Source: Anaerolineae bacterium clx_CAG2 (lineage in GTDB: Bacteria; Chloroflexota; Anaerolineae; JAAEKA01). Taken from it: DNA of 56,414 nucleotides. Of this stretch, positions 1-8,283 are shown in pieces. The first letter of the stretch is position 1; each line of letters opens with the position of its first letter. The DNA lies in the NCBI GenBank assembly GCA_014155705.1, contig JAAEKA010000039.1:1-56414 (forward strand), written 5' to 3'. The translations under genes and the position numbers were made by a program. The notes below the pieces were generated by a model. It saw only the letters and a list, made by a program, of their open reading frames with translations. It was not told where the DNA came from and did no database searches.

Positions 1-2577
1 AGCGGCGTTGACGGTGGTGACGGCGATGTTGGCCGTCGCCGTGACGAAGACCGATGCGCCAGGCGCCAGCGCGTAGTTGAGGCCGCTGAAGATGTTGCCC
101 AACTCGCTGTCGTCCAGGTCATGCAGGTTCAGCGTCACGTCGCCACTGTTGGTCACCTCGTAGCAGTAGGTCACGTCGGTGTTGGCCGGCACGGTGATCT
201 CATCGGTCGTCGCGCAGGTCAGCGGGTCAGTGCCTACCGTCTTATCCAGCGTGATCGCCGGGTTGGAGGGGATCAGCTCACAGGCGGTCAGGAAGGCGTC
301 GTCCACCTCCCACCACCAGTCGTAGGTGCCCTGGGCATAGTGCCAGCGCACCTGGACGTTGTTCTCGCCGGCCGCGCCTGTCAGCCCCTGCTCGATCAGC
401 AGCGGGCCGCGGTGATCTTCGTCCCAGGTGAACAGGTTGGTCCAGGTGGCGCCGCCGTCGGTGCTGACGTCCAACAATCCCAGGTCGGTGGCGGCTCCGG
501 TGGTCAGGTCGTTGTAATCGGTGTTGAACGAGACCGTCGGGCTGATCAGGCCGGTGAAGTCCAGCAGGCCGGTGGTCATGATGGTGTCCAGCGTGCTGCC
601 GGTGCCGCAGCGGTCGCTGTCGGCGATGGCGAAGGGCCCCACGCCGCCTGTCAGGTTGGCGCGCAGGCCGGGGTTGGTGTTGGTCCACTCCGGCACACCA
701 GGCGGGGTGCAGCTTGCACTGGTGTTAGTGACGGTCCAACCTGTTGGCGGGAAGGCGCCATCAAAGAAGGAGTAATCCAGGGTGACGTCTCGGTAGCCGG
801 CCGGGCACCCTAGCAATCGCACGTTGACTGTGGCCGTGTCGCTGTCCGAAACCGTGTTCGCACCGCTGCTGGCGGTCCAGGTGGCCGTGTTGGTCACGGT
901 GTCGTAGATGGTAGCCTGCTGAATGTGCGAGTAGGTTGCGCCAGGCGCCAGGGCGTAGTTCACGCCGGTGAAAACCGTGCCCAGCTCGCTGTCCACCAGG
1001 TCATGGACGTCAAGCGCGTTCAGCCCGGTGTTGCGCACGGTATAGCAGTAGTACACGTCGAAGCCGCCCGGCGGCACCATAACAGAATCCGTCGTGGCGC
1101 AGACAGCGGGCTCCGTGCCGACGGTCTTGTTCAGTTCGATGCCGTAGGCCGGCGGCGGGTCGCCGCAGATCTCCAGGCTCCAGCTATGCAGGACGCCGCC
1201 GTTGGCAGCCAGGTCGTCGGCAAGCTGCAGAGTCCACGTGCCGCTCGCGGGCGCACCGTTGAAGGTCGTCAGCCGGCCGGGCTGCTCCGGCTGATAGACA
1301 ATGTCCTTGACCACGGTGTAAGAGCCGATTGGTAGGGCGGCCTGGTCGTCCAGACCCATGTCCATCGTTACCTGGGTGCTGGCGCCGATGTCGGTGAACA
1401 GGGCCGTGCTGGTCGCACCGGGACCCAGCAGTGTCACGTCCAGGTCTGGCATGTTGGTGTGGGTCAAGACCAGCGTGACGTTGATATCGTCGACGGATGA
1501 GGTCAGCGTGGGTGGCACCACGATGGTCGACGTGATCGTGCCGGCGGCCGGGCCGATGACCTTGGGCACGTCGGTGCTGCTGATGGTGGTGCAGTAGTTC
1601 TGGACCTGCCTGGGGTAAACGCTGACGCTCAGATGGTATCTGGCATTAGGCCCCAAGCCGGTCGAGCTCGTGCTATCGACGTAGGCGTAGTAGGTGCCGG
1701 CCTCCTGCACCGTCATGAAGAAAGCCTCGGCGTGGGGCTTGACCGTGCCGCCGTCATTGGCAATCAAGAAGAAATTGTTGAACACGCCCATGCCCACGCG
1801 GCCGTTCCAGTTGGTATTGCTGGGGAGGCGGTCGGGATCCATATCCAGGCCGATAAACACGGAATCCCCGGCATTGAGACTGAAGGAGAAGATGTCGGGG
1901 TCGGTGGTGGCGCTGATGGTGCCGCTCATCCAACCGGAGGCGGCCAGCGGAGTAGCCGTGCCAAGGTCGTTGTTGGGCTCGACCTCAGGCGTGGGTGTCC
2001 CGCTCTGCACCCGGACATGCAGATGATAGGGCGTGATGGTCGACGTGGTGCTGGCGCCGTCAACCAGGATGTAATAGGTGCCGGAGGCCGGGAGTATCGT
2101 GCCGCCGATCGCCGACGAAAGAGAACTGAATGAACCGTTGTCGTCGTCGAATTCTAACACGGTCGTTCCATCGGAGTCGATGATGCTGACTTCCGTGTCG
2201 GTCGAGCCGCCGCTGGAGAATTGGGTCATGGTGGCTGCGTAGACGCGGTCGCCGGCGTTGGCGGTAAATGAGAAGTAATCGACGTCGACCGCAGGGCTGA
2301 TGGTCCCGTAGACAACAACCGGGGTGCCAATCAGGACATTGGCCGTGGCGGTGGTGTCGTTGGGCTCGGTCTCGTCGAAGAAGTTCATGCCTTCAGGCGC
2401 GAAGAGGGGAGCCTCTCCTGCCATCCCTGACCCGTCGAGGGACTTATTATCGGATGGCGCGTACTCTTCGATGTTGAATGGAGCAGGAGGCCCCTCTTGC
2501 GCCGCGACGCTGAGCGGCAACATGGATACCAGCAAGGCCACAATGGCCAGCAGGTAGAGGATTTGCTTGCGTTGCAT
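1..2577 (-). CDS. Large secreted multidomain protein, 3' end outside window (PPC-like, proprotein-convertase P-domain-like, DUF11-like repeat domains); paralog of 3098..7723
   Basis: Minus-strand frame is open from ATG 2575-2577 (AAGGAG 8 nt upstream) to position 1. It is absent from the ORF track because it has no stop in the window. N-terminus MQRKQILYLLAIVALLVSMLPLSVAAQ is a signal peptide nearly identical to the neighbour's. The last translated residues (APGASVFVTATANIAVTTVNAA) match the DUF11-like repeat of the paralog. Confidence 0.8.
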   Translation of the reverse strand, partial: MQRKQILYLLAIVALLVSMLPLSVAAQEGPPAPFNIEEYAPSDNKSLDGSGMAGEAPLFAPEGMNFFDETEPNDTTATANVLIGTPVVVYGTISPAVDVDYFSFTANAGDRVYAATMTQFSSGGSTDTEVSIIDSDGTTVLEFDDDNGSFSSLSSAIGGTILPASGTYYILVDGASTTSTITPYHLHVRVQSGTPTPEVEPNNDLGTATPLAASGWMSGTISATTDPDIFSFSLNAGDSVFIGLDMDPDRLPSNTNWNGRVGMGVFNNFFLIANDGGTVKPHAEAFFMTVQEAGTYYAYVDSTSSTGLGPNARYHLSVSVYPRQVQNYCTTISSTDVPKVIGPAAGTITSTIVVPPTLTSSVDDINVTLVLTHTNMPDLDVTLLGPGATSTALFTDIGASTQVTMDMGLDDQAALPIGSYTVVKDIVYQPEQPGRLTTFNGAPASGTWTLQLADDLAANGGVLHSWSLEICGDPPPAYGIELNKTVGTEPAVCATTDSVMVPPGGFDVYYCYTVRNTGLNALDVHDLVDSELGTVFTGVNYALAPGATYSHIQQATIYDTVTNTATWTASSGANTVSDSDTATVNVRLLGCPAGYRDVTLDYSFFDGAFPPTGWTVTNTSASCTPPGVPEWTNTNPGLRANLTGGVGPFAIADSDRCGTGSTLDTIMTTGLLDFTGLISPTVSFNTDYNDLTTGAATDLGLLDVSTDGGATWTNLFTWDEDHRGPLLIEQGLTGAAGENNVQVRWHYAQGTYDWWWEVDDAFLTACELIPSNPAITLDKTVGTDPLTCATTDEITVPANTDVTYCYEVTNSGDVTLNLHDLDDSELGNIFSGLNYALAPGASVFVTATANIAVTTVNAA

Positions 2578-2935
2578 GGTGAGATACTCCTTGTGGTTCC
2601 TGGAGTCGGGCGTTGCGGGGACGCGCCCAGGCTCACATTGCGGGGATGGGTATCGAGGTCGGACGGGCTGCGGGAAGATCAATTGTTCGTGCCTGCGCCA
2701 CCTCCTCTTCTGAGGGTCAAAGAACACTGCAGGTTGCTTCGACGGTTGCACGCGTACGCTTGTGTAGTCACACGGGGCTGTGTGACGAAACTGGCCTGGG
2801 CAGCGCCATACCCCAAGCTCAGGGCGCTGTGGCCAAAACCACCAAGGACTGGAGCAAATTTGCTCGGCGTCGTCTTGTCTTGGGGGAAACACGCTCGCTG
2901 GGCGGGTCTGCGCGCGAAACACCCGCTTGTGACAT

Positions 2936-2964
2936 ATTGTACCAGAAGTTGCGCAGTTGGTCAA
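2936..2964 (-). promoter_or_regulatory. Sigma70-like promoter (TTGACC-17-TACAAT) for the partial secreted-protein gene
   Basis: Minus-strand TTGACC (2959-2964), 17-nt spacer, TACAAT (2936-2941). This implies a roughly 350-nt 5' UTR before ATG 2577. Confidence 0.45.
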
Positions 2965-3000
2965 GCGTTTCGGGGGTCAAGTTCTCCCACACAAAGAAAC

Positions 3001-3088
3001 ATCCAGGCTGCGCATCCGCGTTGATGCACAGCCTGGATGTTCATAACGGTACAGACCTTCGAGGTTTTGCGAAACATCGAAGGTCTGT
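3001..3088 (-). terminator. Two hairpins downstream of the 3098..7723 gene (candidate intrinsic terminator)
   Basis: Perfect 12-bp inverted repeat acagaccttcga/tcgaaggtctgt (3051-3062 / 3077-3088). A 10-bp inverted repeat atccaggctg/cagcctggat (3001-3010 / 3029-3038) is followed on the minus strand by a T-rich GTTTCTTTGTG. Confidence 0.45.
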
Positions 3089-3097
3089 GTCAGGCCG

Positions 3098-6000
3098 TCA
3101 GTCCTGGCGACGGCGCAGCGCGTAGGCCGCGCCCAGCGCCAGACCTACCACAGCCGGCAAAGCCGCCAGTGGCAGTCCGGCCAGCGGCAGCGGCGCTTGG
3201 GTCGGAGCTGTTTCGCTGGCAGCAGCCAGACCGCTGAGAGTAACAGCCGTGGGCGCCGTCACCGTCAGGGTCACCGGCACAACGACCAGGTTGGTCTCGT
3301 TGCCGGGGCCGTTGTCAGGGTCATTGCTGCGGATGCACAGTTGGCCTGTGTACACACCCGCAGGCAGTCCGGTCGAGTCAAAGGTCACATCCACCGGGGT
3401 CGCAGCAGCAGGCGCCGTTGTGCCGGTGATCGGAGTGAGGCTCAACCAGCCATAATCTGAGGGAACGCACGTGCCCAGAGTCTGGGTGGCGCCTTCGAAC
3501 TCGCCCAGCGGGTTGTCGGTGGCCAGCGGCGTCACTACGCCCGTGGCCAGATTGACCGTGCCATAGCGGTTGGCGCCCGTGCCGATGTACAGCCAGATGT
3601 ACAGTGTGCCGTCTTCGTTGTCGAAGTCCAGGCCCTGGGCGAAGTTGGCTGCAAAGCCAGTAGCGCCAACCAGCGTCGCCGCGCCCGTGCTGGTATCGAT
3701 GGTGTAGATCGAATCGGTGAAGATGTCATGGCCATACATCACGCCAGCGGAGCCGATAGCGATGTCGATCATGATGCCGCCGGTAACGCCAAACGGCCCG
3801 ATCAGCGTGGGCGAGCAGGTCGCCGGGTCAAGCGTGTACAGATTGGCTGCCGTCGATGCGTAGAAGATGTTGGTCACCGGGTCGATGCTCAGCCCGGTCC
3901 AGGTTCCGGCTGCTGGCGCCGGGCAATCTACGATGGACGTAAACACGCCGGTGGCCGTGTCGACGGTGCCCAGTTGGTCGATGGTGGCATCATTCAGGGC
4001 ATACAGGGTGGTTGCGGTTGAGTCGAAGTCCAAGCCATAGAGATTGCCGGTCTGCGGACCAACAAGCACCTGACCAGGGAAGTTGTTCAGGGCGAACCTG
4101 ACAATACGATCGTTGCGCAGATCGACCGAATAGCCATTGCTGGTCGGGCCCAGCGGACTGCTGGCCGGCGCCTCTGCCGGCTGGCCGCAGAACTCGGCCC
4201 AGCCCAGGGGCTCTCTGCCGGGGTAGTTCTCGAAGGCTGCGCAGTCCGCCTTGGAGCTCACGGACGCCGGGACGTTAAAGACCGGCTCAGGCGCAGCCTG
4301 GATCGCGCTGCGCGGCGCGGCGTCAGGCTCGGTCTCAGCGATCTCCCAGGTCAGCGGGGCCTGGCCCGTGTTGCCGATGTTCAGCGGCTGGTTGGTGGTA
4401 GTGTTGGTGGCCTGGTTGCTGCTCAGGCTCAGCGGAGCGACGTCGATGTTGGGGAATAGAGCCGTGACCGTGGCGCTGTCGGTAGCGCTGGCCGTCGGCG
4501 CCATTGTGACCACCGGCGTGTAGGCCGGAGAATCGAAGCGGATCGTCATGCTGTTCAGCAGCACCGCCTGATTGAAGGAGTACTGCACTGCGCTGGACGT
4601 GCTCTCCTGCAAGCCCGAGGTGGCTGATGCGCCGAAGTCATACGTTGGGTTGCCGAAGTCGGTATCCAGATAGAGGAACTCGATCGCGTTGCTGGTCTCG
4701 TAGAGTATCACCTCAAACGTGGCTGCGCCGACGCCGTTGAAATGCGGCCGGTTGTGCCATTGCACGATCAGCTTGCGGTTGGGCGCTGCGCCCTGAACTT
4801 CCCAGTAGACGTTGCCGGTTTCGTCGTCCAGGTCATCCCAGAAGGGCAGGATCGCCGGAGCCGGCAGGCCGCTGGCCGCGGGCAGGGCAGCATTGCTCAG
4901 GCCCAGATCGCCGGTGGTCACGCCGAAGAGGATGCCGCCGTTGTTGCCGACGCGCAGGTCGCTCGACGTAGCGCCGAAGAAGGTGAAGGGGAACGGCGAT
5001 GTGATATTGGCCTCGCCATCGTCGGTCAGATTGAGCGCCGTACCCGTCGCGCTGATGTCGATGAAGTTCATCGTGGTGGCGGTCCAGGTTGCTACATTGG
5101 TTGCGTCGATGTTGATTGTCTCAGGCACGATCACCTCAGGCGAGAAAGCGCCTGGAGCCAGTATGTAGGGCAGGTTGCTGACCAGCGCGCCCAGCTCACT
5201 GTCTACCAGATCATGGAAGTTGAGCGTTACGTCGCCGGTGTTTTCCACCTGATAACAGTAGTAGACTGTTGTGCCGGCGGGCACGCTGATGTTGTCCGTC
5301 GCCGCGCAGACGCCGGGCGTGGTGCCCACGGTCTTGACCAGGCTGATGGCAGGCTGGCTAGGTGTTTGCACCGTCACTGTCGCCACGTCACTGGCGCTTG
5401 CCGGCGGCGGGCCGCCGTCGAAGGTGTTGTACGCCTCCCAGGTAGCGGTGTTGACCGTGGTGACGCCGATATAGGTGGTCTCAGTGATGAAGGCCGAGGC
5501 GCCGGGCGCCAGGGTGTAAGAGAAGTTATTGAGCAGCACGCCCAACTCACTGTCCACCAGGTCGTGTGTGTTGAAGCTCACGTCGCCGGTGTTGGTCACC
5601 TCGAAGCAGTAGGTGACGTCGCCGCCTCCGTAGGGCAGGGTGATCTCGTCGGTGGTGGCGCAAACGGCAGGGTCAGTGCCGACGGTCTTGTCCAGCGAGA
5701 TAGACGGGTTGGTCGGAACCGCCTGACAGGCCGTCACAGAGACGTCGTCGATGGCCAGACCCGCAAGCTGCACGGTGGTGTCGCTGCTTAGTTTGAACAG
5801 CAGGTCGATGTTCTGACCCAGGTAGCTGCTGATGTCGGCGCGGTGCACCCCCCAGCCGGCGCTTTGGGCGATCGTGGTTGATGGACTGCCCACGGTGCTG
5901 TTCATGGTGGCGTCCAGCCAGGTCCACAGTGTACTCGGGTTGGCGCCGCCCGCCTCCCGCACCTGCACATAGGCGTTGTCGAAGGTGGCCGACTCGATAT

Positions 6001-7723
6001 GATAGCGCTGCGACCAGGTCGCTGTGACCGGGCCGGCCAGATCAGCCGCCGTCAGATCGATGGCTGGCGACACCAGATCCTGGTTGCTGCTGGCGTTGTA
6101 GGTATCGTCCAGGTCGGTGACCCAACAGTTGCTGCCGCTGGCGCAGGTCGTGAGAGGCGTGAAGCTGGGCGTCCCCCGCTCCCACTCGTCCTGGACCCCG
6201 CTATGTGTGAAGCCGCCATCGTCGGCTTCGAAGTCGCTGCTGTAGAGGGTGACCGGTTCGTACCCGACCGGGCAGGCCGGCGGCGGGGGCGGCTCGCAGA
6301 CGGTAATACTCCAGCTTTGCAGCACGCCGCCGTCGCCGGTGGCGTCGTCATACAACTTGAGCGTCCAGACGCCGCCCGCGTCCGTGCCGTCAAACCAGGA
6401 GAGGCGGTAGGCCAGCTCCGGCGCGTAGTTCATGCCCGAAACGATGGTGTAGGCGCCAATGGGAATGCCGGCCTCGTCGTCCAGCGTAGTGTTCATCTGA
6501 ATGTTGGGCGACCCTACGGTGGTGTTGCCGACATCGGTGAACAGCCCGTTGTCGTTGCCGGCCGGGGACATCAGATGCGCATCCAGGTCCGCCATGAAGG
6601 TGTGGGTCAGCTCGATGCTGACGTCGATGTCGGCGATGCGCGGGTTGCCCGGCACCGTCAAGGTTGACTGCACCATACCGGGACCAGTGGGAATGATCAC
6701 CGGCACGTCGGTGCTGGTGTAGGTGGTGCAGGTGGCCGCTGCGGCCGCAGGATAGACGGCGACGCTGAGCGTGTAAGTGCCGAAGGTCGTGCCGCCGCTG
6801 GGCACGGCCACGAAGGGGTAGTACGTGCCGGCATCCTTGACCGTCATGAAGAAAGCCTCGGAGTCAGGCCCTGTCGTCCCGGCGTCGTTGACTGTCAGAA
6901 TGTTGTTGTTGAACACGCCCAGGCCGAGCTGTCCGTTCCACTCGGTGGCATCGCGTTCCGGATCCAGGTCCAGGCTCAGGAAGACTGTGTCGCCGGCGTT
7001 GAGGCTCAGCGAGTAAAAATCGAGATCGGTGGTCGCGCTGGTGCTGCCCGACACCCAGCCCGAAGGCGGCAGCGGGTTGGCTGTCGCCGGGGTGTCATTG
7101 GGCTCCGTTTCGGCCCCCGGCGCCCCGCTCTGGACTTTCAGGTGCAGGCGATAGGGCCGCAGTTGGCCGGTGGCCGAGTTGTGCCTGACCTGAAGATAGT
7201 ACGTGCCGTTGCCAGGTAGCGTCGCCCCGGCGATGCTGGACGCTGTAGAACCGAAGGTGCCGTTGTCGTTGTCGTCCTCAATTACTGTGACGCCGTCGCT
7301 GTCGAAGAGGGTCAGATAGCTGTCGACGCTGCCGCTGGCCGAGAAGCTGGTCATGGTAGCGGCATAGACCTTGTCGCCGGCGCTGCCTGTGAACGAGAAG
7401 TAGTCCAAATCGCCGTTGGGAAAAATGGTGCCCACGGCGGCGATGCCGGTGGCGGGCAGGGCCGTTGCGGTCGCTGCGGTGCCATTGGGCTCGATTTCGC
7501 TGAACAAGGTCATGCCGTCCGGCGCCACCATCGCCTCCGGCAACACGCCTGCGGCTGCCGGCTTGCCGCTCTCGGCTGCGTCGAGCTGCGACTGGGCGAC
7601 CTCGATCTGGAGGGAAGCCTCCGGAGCGACCGGCGCTTCACCCTGCGCCGTTGCACCCATCGGCAGCATTGCCGCCAACAGGGCCAGGATTGACATCAGG
7701 TAAAGAATTCGCTTGCGTTGCAT
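3098..7723 (-). CDS. Very large secreted protein: signal peptide, PPC (pre-peptidase C-terminal)-like domains, proprotein convertase P-domain-like, two DUF11-like repeats, beta-propeller-like region, C-terminal hydrophobic anchor + RRRQD
   Basis: ORF track 3098..7795. The likely true start is ATG 7721-7723 (MQRKRILYLMSILALLAAMLPMGATAQ) with AAGGAG upstream. Visible motifs: GDLDYFSF...YYLQV (PPC-like), WTLKLYDDATGDGGVLQSWSITVC (P-domain-like), and a duplicated KTVGT..CATTD..YCxxVxNTGDV..HDLVDSELG module. The tail is LPLAGLPLAALPAVVGLALGAAYALRRRQD. Confidence 0.8.
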   Translation of the reverse strand: MQRKRILYLMSILALLAAMLPMGATAQGEAPVAPEASLQIEVAQSQLDAAESGKPAAAGVLPEAMVAPDGMTLFSEIEPNGTAATATALPATGIAAVGTIFPNGDLDYFSFTGSAGDKVYAATMTSFSASGSVDSYLTLFDSDGVTVIEDDNDNGTFGSTASSIAGATLPGNGTYYLQVRHNSATGQLRPYRLHLKVQSGAPGAETEPNDTPATANPLPPSGWVSGSTSATTDLDFYSLSLNAGDTVFLSLDLDPERDATEWNGQLGLGVFNNNILTVNDAGTTGPDSEAFFMTVKDAGTYYPFVAVPSGGTTFGTYTLSVAVYPAAAAATCTTYTSTDVPVIIPTGPGMVQSTLTVPGNPRIADIDVSIELTHTFMADLDAHLMSPAGNDNGLFTDVGNTTVGSPNIQMNTTLDDEAGIPIGAYTIVSGMNYAPELAYRLSWFDGTDAGGVWTLKLYDDATGDGGVLQSWSITVCEPPPPPACPVGYEPVTLYSSDFEADDGGFTHSGVQDEWERGTPSFTPLTTCASGSNCWVTDLDDTYNASSNQDLVSPAIDLTAADLAGPVTATWSQRYHIESATFDNAYVQVREAGGANPSTLWTWLDATMNSTVGSPSTTIAQSAGWGVHRADISSYLGQNIDLLFKLSSDTTVQLAGLAIDDVSVTACQAVPTNPSISLDKTVGTDPAVCATTDEITLPYGGGDVTYCFEVTNTGDVSFNTHDLVDSELGVLLNNFSYTLAPGASAFITETTYIGVTTVNTATWEAYNTFDGGPPPASASDVATVTVQTPSQPAISLVKTVGTTPGVCAATDNISVPAGTTVYYCYQVENTGDVTLNFHDLVDSELGALVSNLPYILAPGAFSPEVIVPETINIDATNVATWTATTMNFIDISATGTALNLTDDGEANITSPFPFTFFGATSSDLRVGNNGGILFGVTTGDLGLSNAALPAASGLPAPAILPFWDDLDDETGNVYWEVQGAAPNRKLIVQWHNRPHFNGVGAATFEVILYETSNAIEFLYLDTDFGNPTYDFGASATSGLQESTSSAVQYSFNQAVLLNSMTIRFDSPAYTPVVTMAPTASATDSATVTALFPNIDVAPLSLSSNQATNTTTNQPLNIGNTGQAPLTWEIAETEPDAAPRSAIQAAPEPVFNVPASVSSKADCAAFENYPGREPLGWAEFCGQPAEAPASSPLGPTSNGYSVDLRNDRIVRFALNNFPGQVLVGPQTGNLYGLDFDSTATTLYALNDATIDQLGTVDTATGVFTSIVDCPAPAAGTWTGLSIDPVTNIFYASTAANLYTLDPATCSPTLIGPFGVTGGIMIDIAIGSAGVMYGHDIFTDSIYTIDTSTGAATLVGATGFAANFAQGLDFDNEDGTLYIWLYIGTGANRYGTVNLATGVVTPLATDNPLGEFEGATQTLGTCVPSDYGWLSLTPITGTTAPAAATPVDVTFDSTGLPAGVYTGQLCIRSNDPDNGPGNETNLVVVPVTLTVTAPTAVTLSGLAAASETAPTQAPLPLAGLPLAALPAVVGLALGAAYALRRRQD

Positions 7724-8065
7724 CTTGTGATACTCCTTGAAATTCCTGGAGCCGCACGCCGGGCAGGCGTGCCTTGGCTCACTGCTTGCGGGCACACAAC
7801 AGGGACTGGGACAAACTCATCTCGTCGATGGGATCTTGATTTTGACTACCTCCTCACCGGACAATCAATGCCCCTGAAGGTTTACCTTCAAGGGTCCAAC
7901 GTGTGCGACATGATTACCAGGCGCACCGGCAAGATGCGCCTGACAGCGATACGACGGCGCTGTCGTGCAACGAATAAGGATGAGGGTGATCCACGGCGCT
8001 GCCGGCTCCATAGAGAGACAACAGCGGGGCTGAGCGGATCGAGGCGGGGTAAGACAACGGCTTGC

Positions 8066-8094
8066 ATTTTACATGATATCAGTTTGCCCGTCAA
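8066..8094 (-). promoter_or_regulatory. Sigma70-like promoter (TTGACG-17-TAAAAT) for 3098..7723
   Basis: Minus-strand TTGACG (8089-8094), 17-nt spacer, TAAAAT (8066-8071). This implies a roughly 335-nt 5' UTR. Confidence 0.45.
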
Positions 8095-8245
8095 ATGAGT
8101 GGATTTAGTTCTCTCCGTCTGGTGAATATCGTGGGCGCGGAACCTGGCCTTGAGACAGATCAGTGTATCAGGCGCAGGGCTGTGAAGTCTGGCTGGAGCT
8201 GAGACTCTGTGCGCCAACTGCAATCCTGGCATCGTAAGCCAGCCC

Positions 8246-8275
8246 TTGGACGAAGACGCCGCTTCGTGGTAGAAT
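8246..8275 (+). promoter_or_regulatory. Sigma70-like promoter (TTGGAC-18-TAGAAT) placed for a leaderless or near-leaderless kinase mRNA
   Basis: TTGGAC 8246-8251, 18-nt spacer, TAGAAT 8270-8275. ATG 8284 lies 8 nt after the -10 element, and no Shine-Dalgarno sequence lies between them. Confidence 0.4.
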
Positions 8276-8283
8276 TCATCGCG

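Noticed and set aside
121-7703. Many plus-strand track ORFs opposite the two giant secreted-protein genes (e.g. 121..813, 1633..2133, 4742..5791, 5999..6667).
   Set aside because: They are antisense 'shadow' ORFs typical of GC-rich DNA, with low-complexity R/G/A/V-rich translations. The minus strand encodes continuous, domain-containing proteins with signal peptides.
7724-7795. N-terminal extensions of several track ORFs (e.g. 3098..7795, 8209.., 10100.., 10869.., 12257..13396, 15598.., 16485.., 37487..38515, 39838..40224).
   Set aside because: Internal starts have Shine-Dalgarno sequences and give canonical N-termini (signal peptides, REC domain, DegV MIHIITD, etc.). The extensions overlap upstream genes or promoters.
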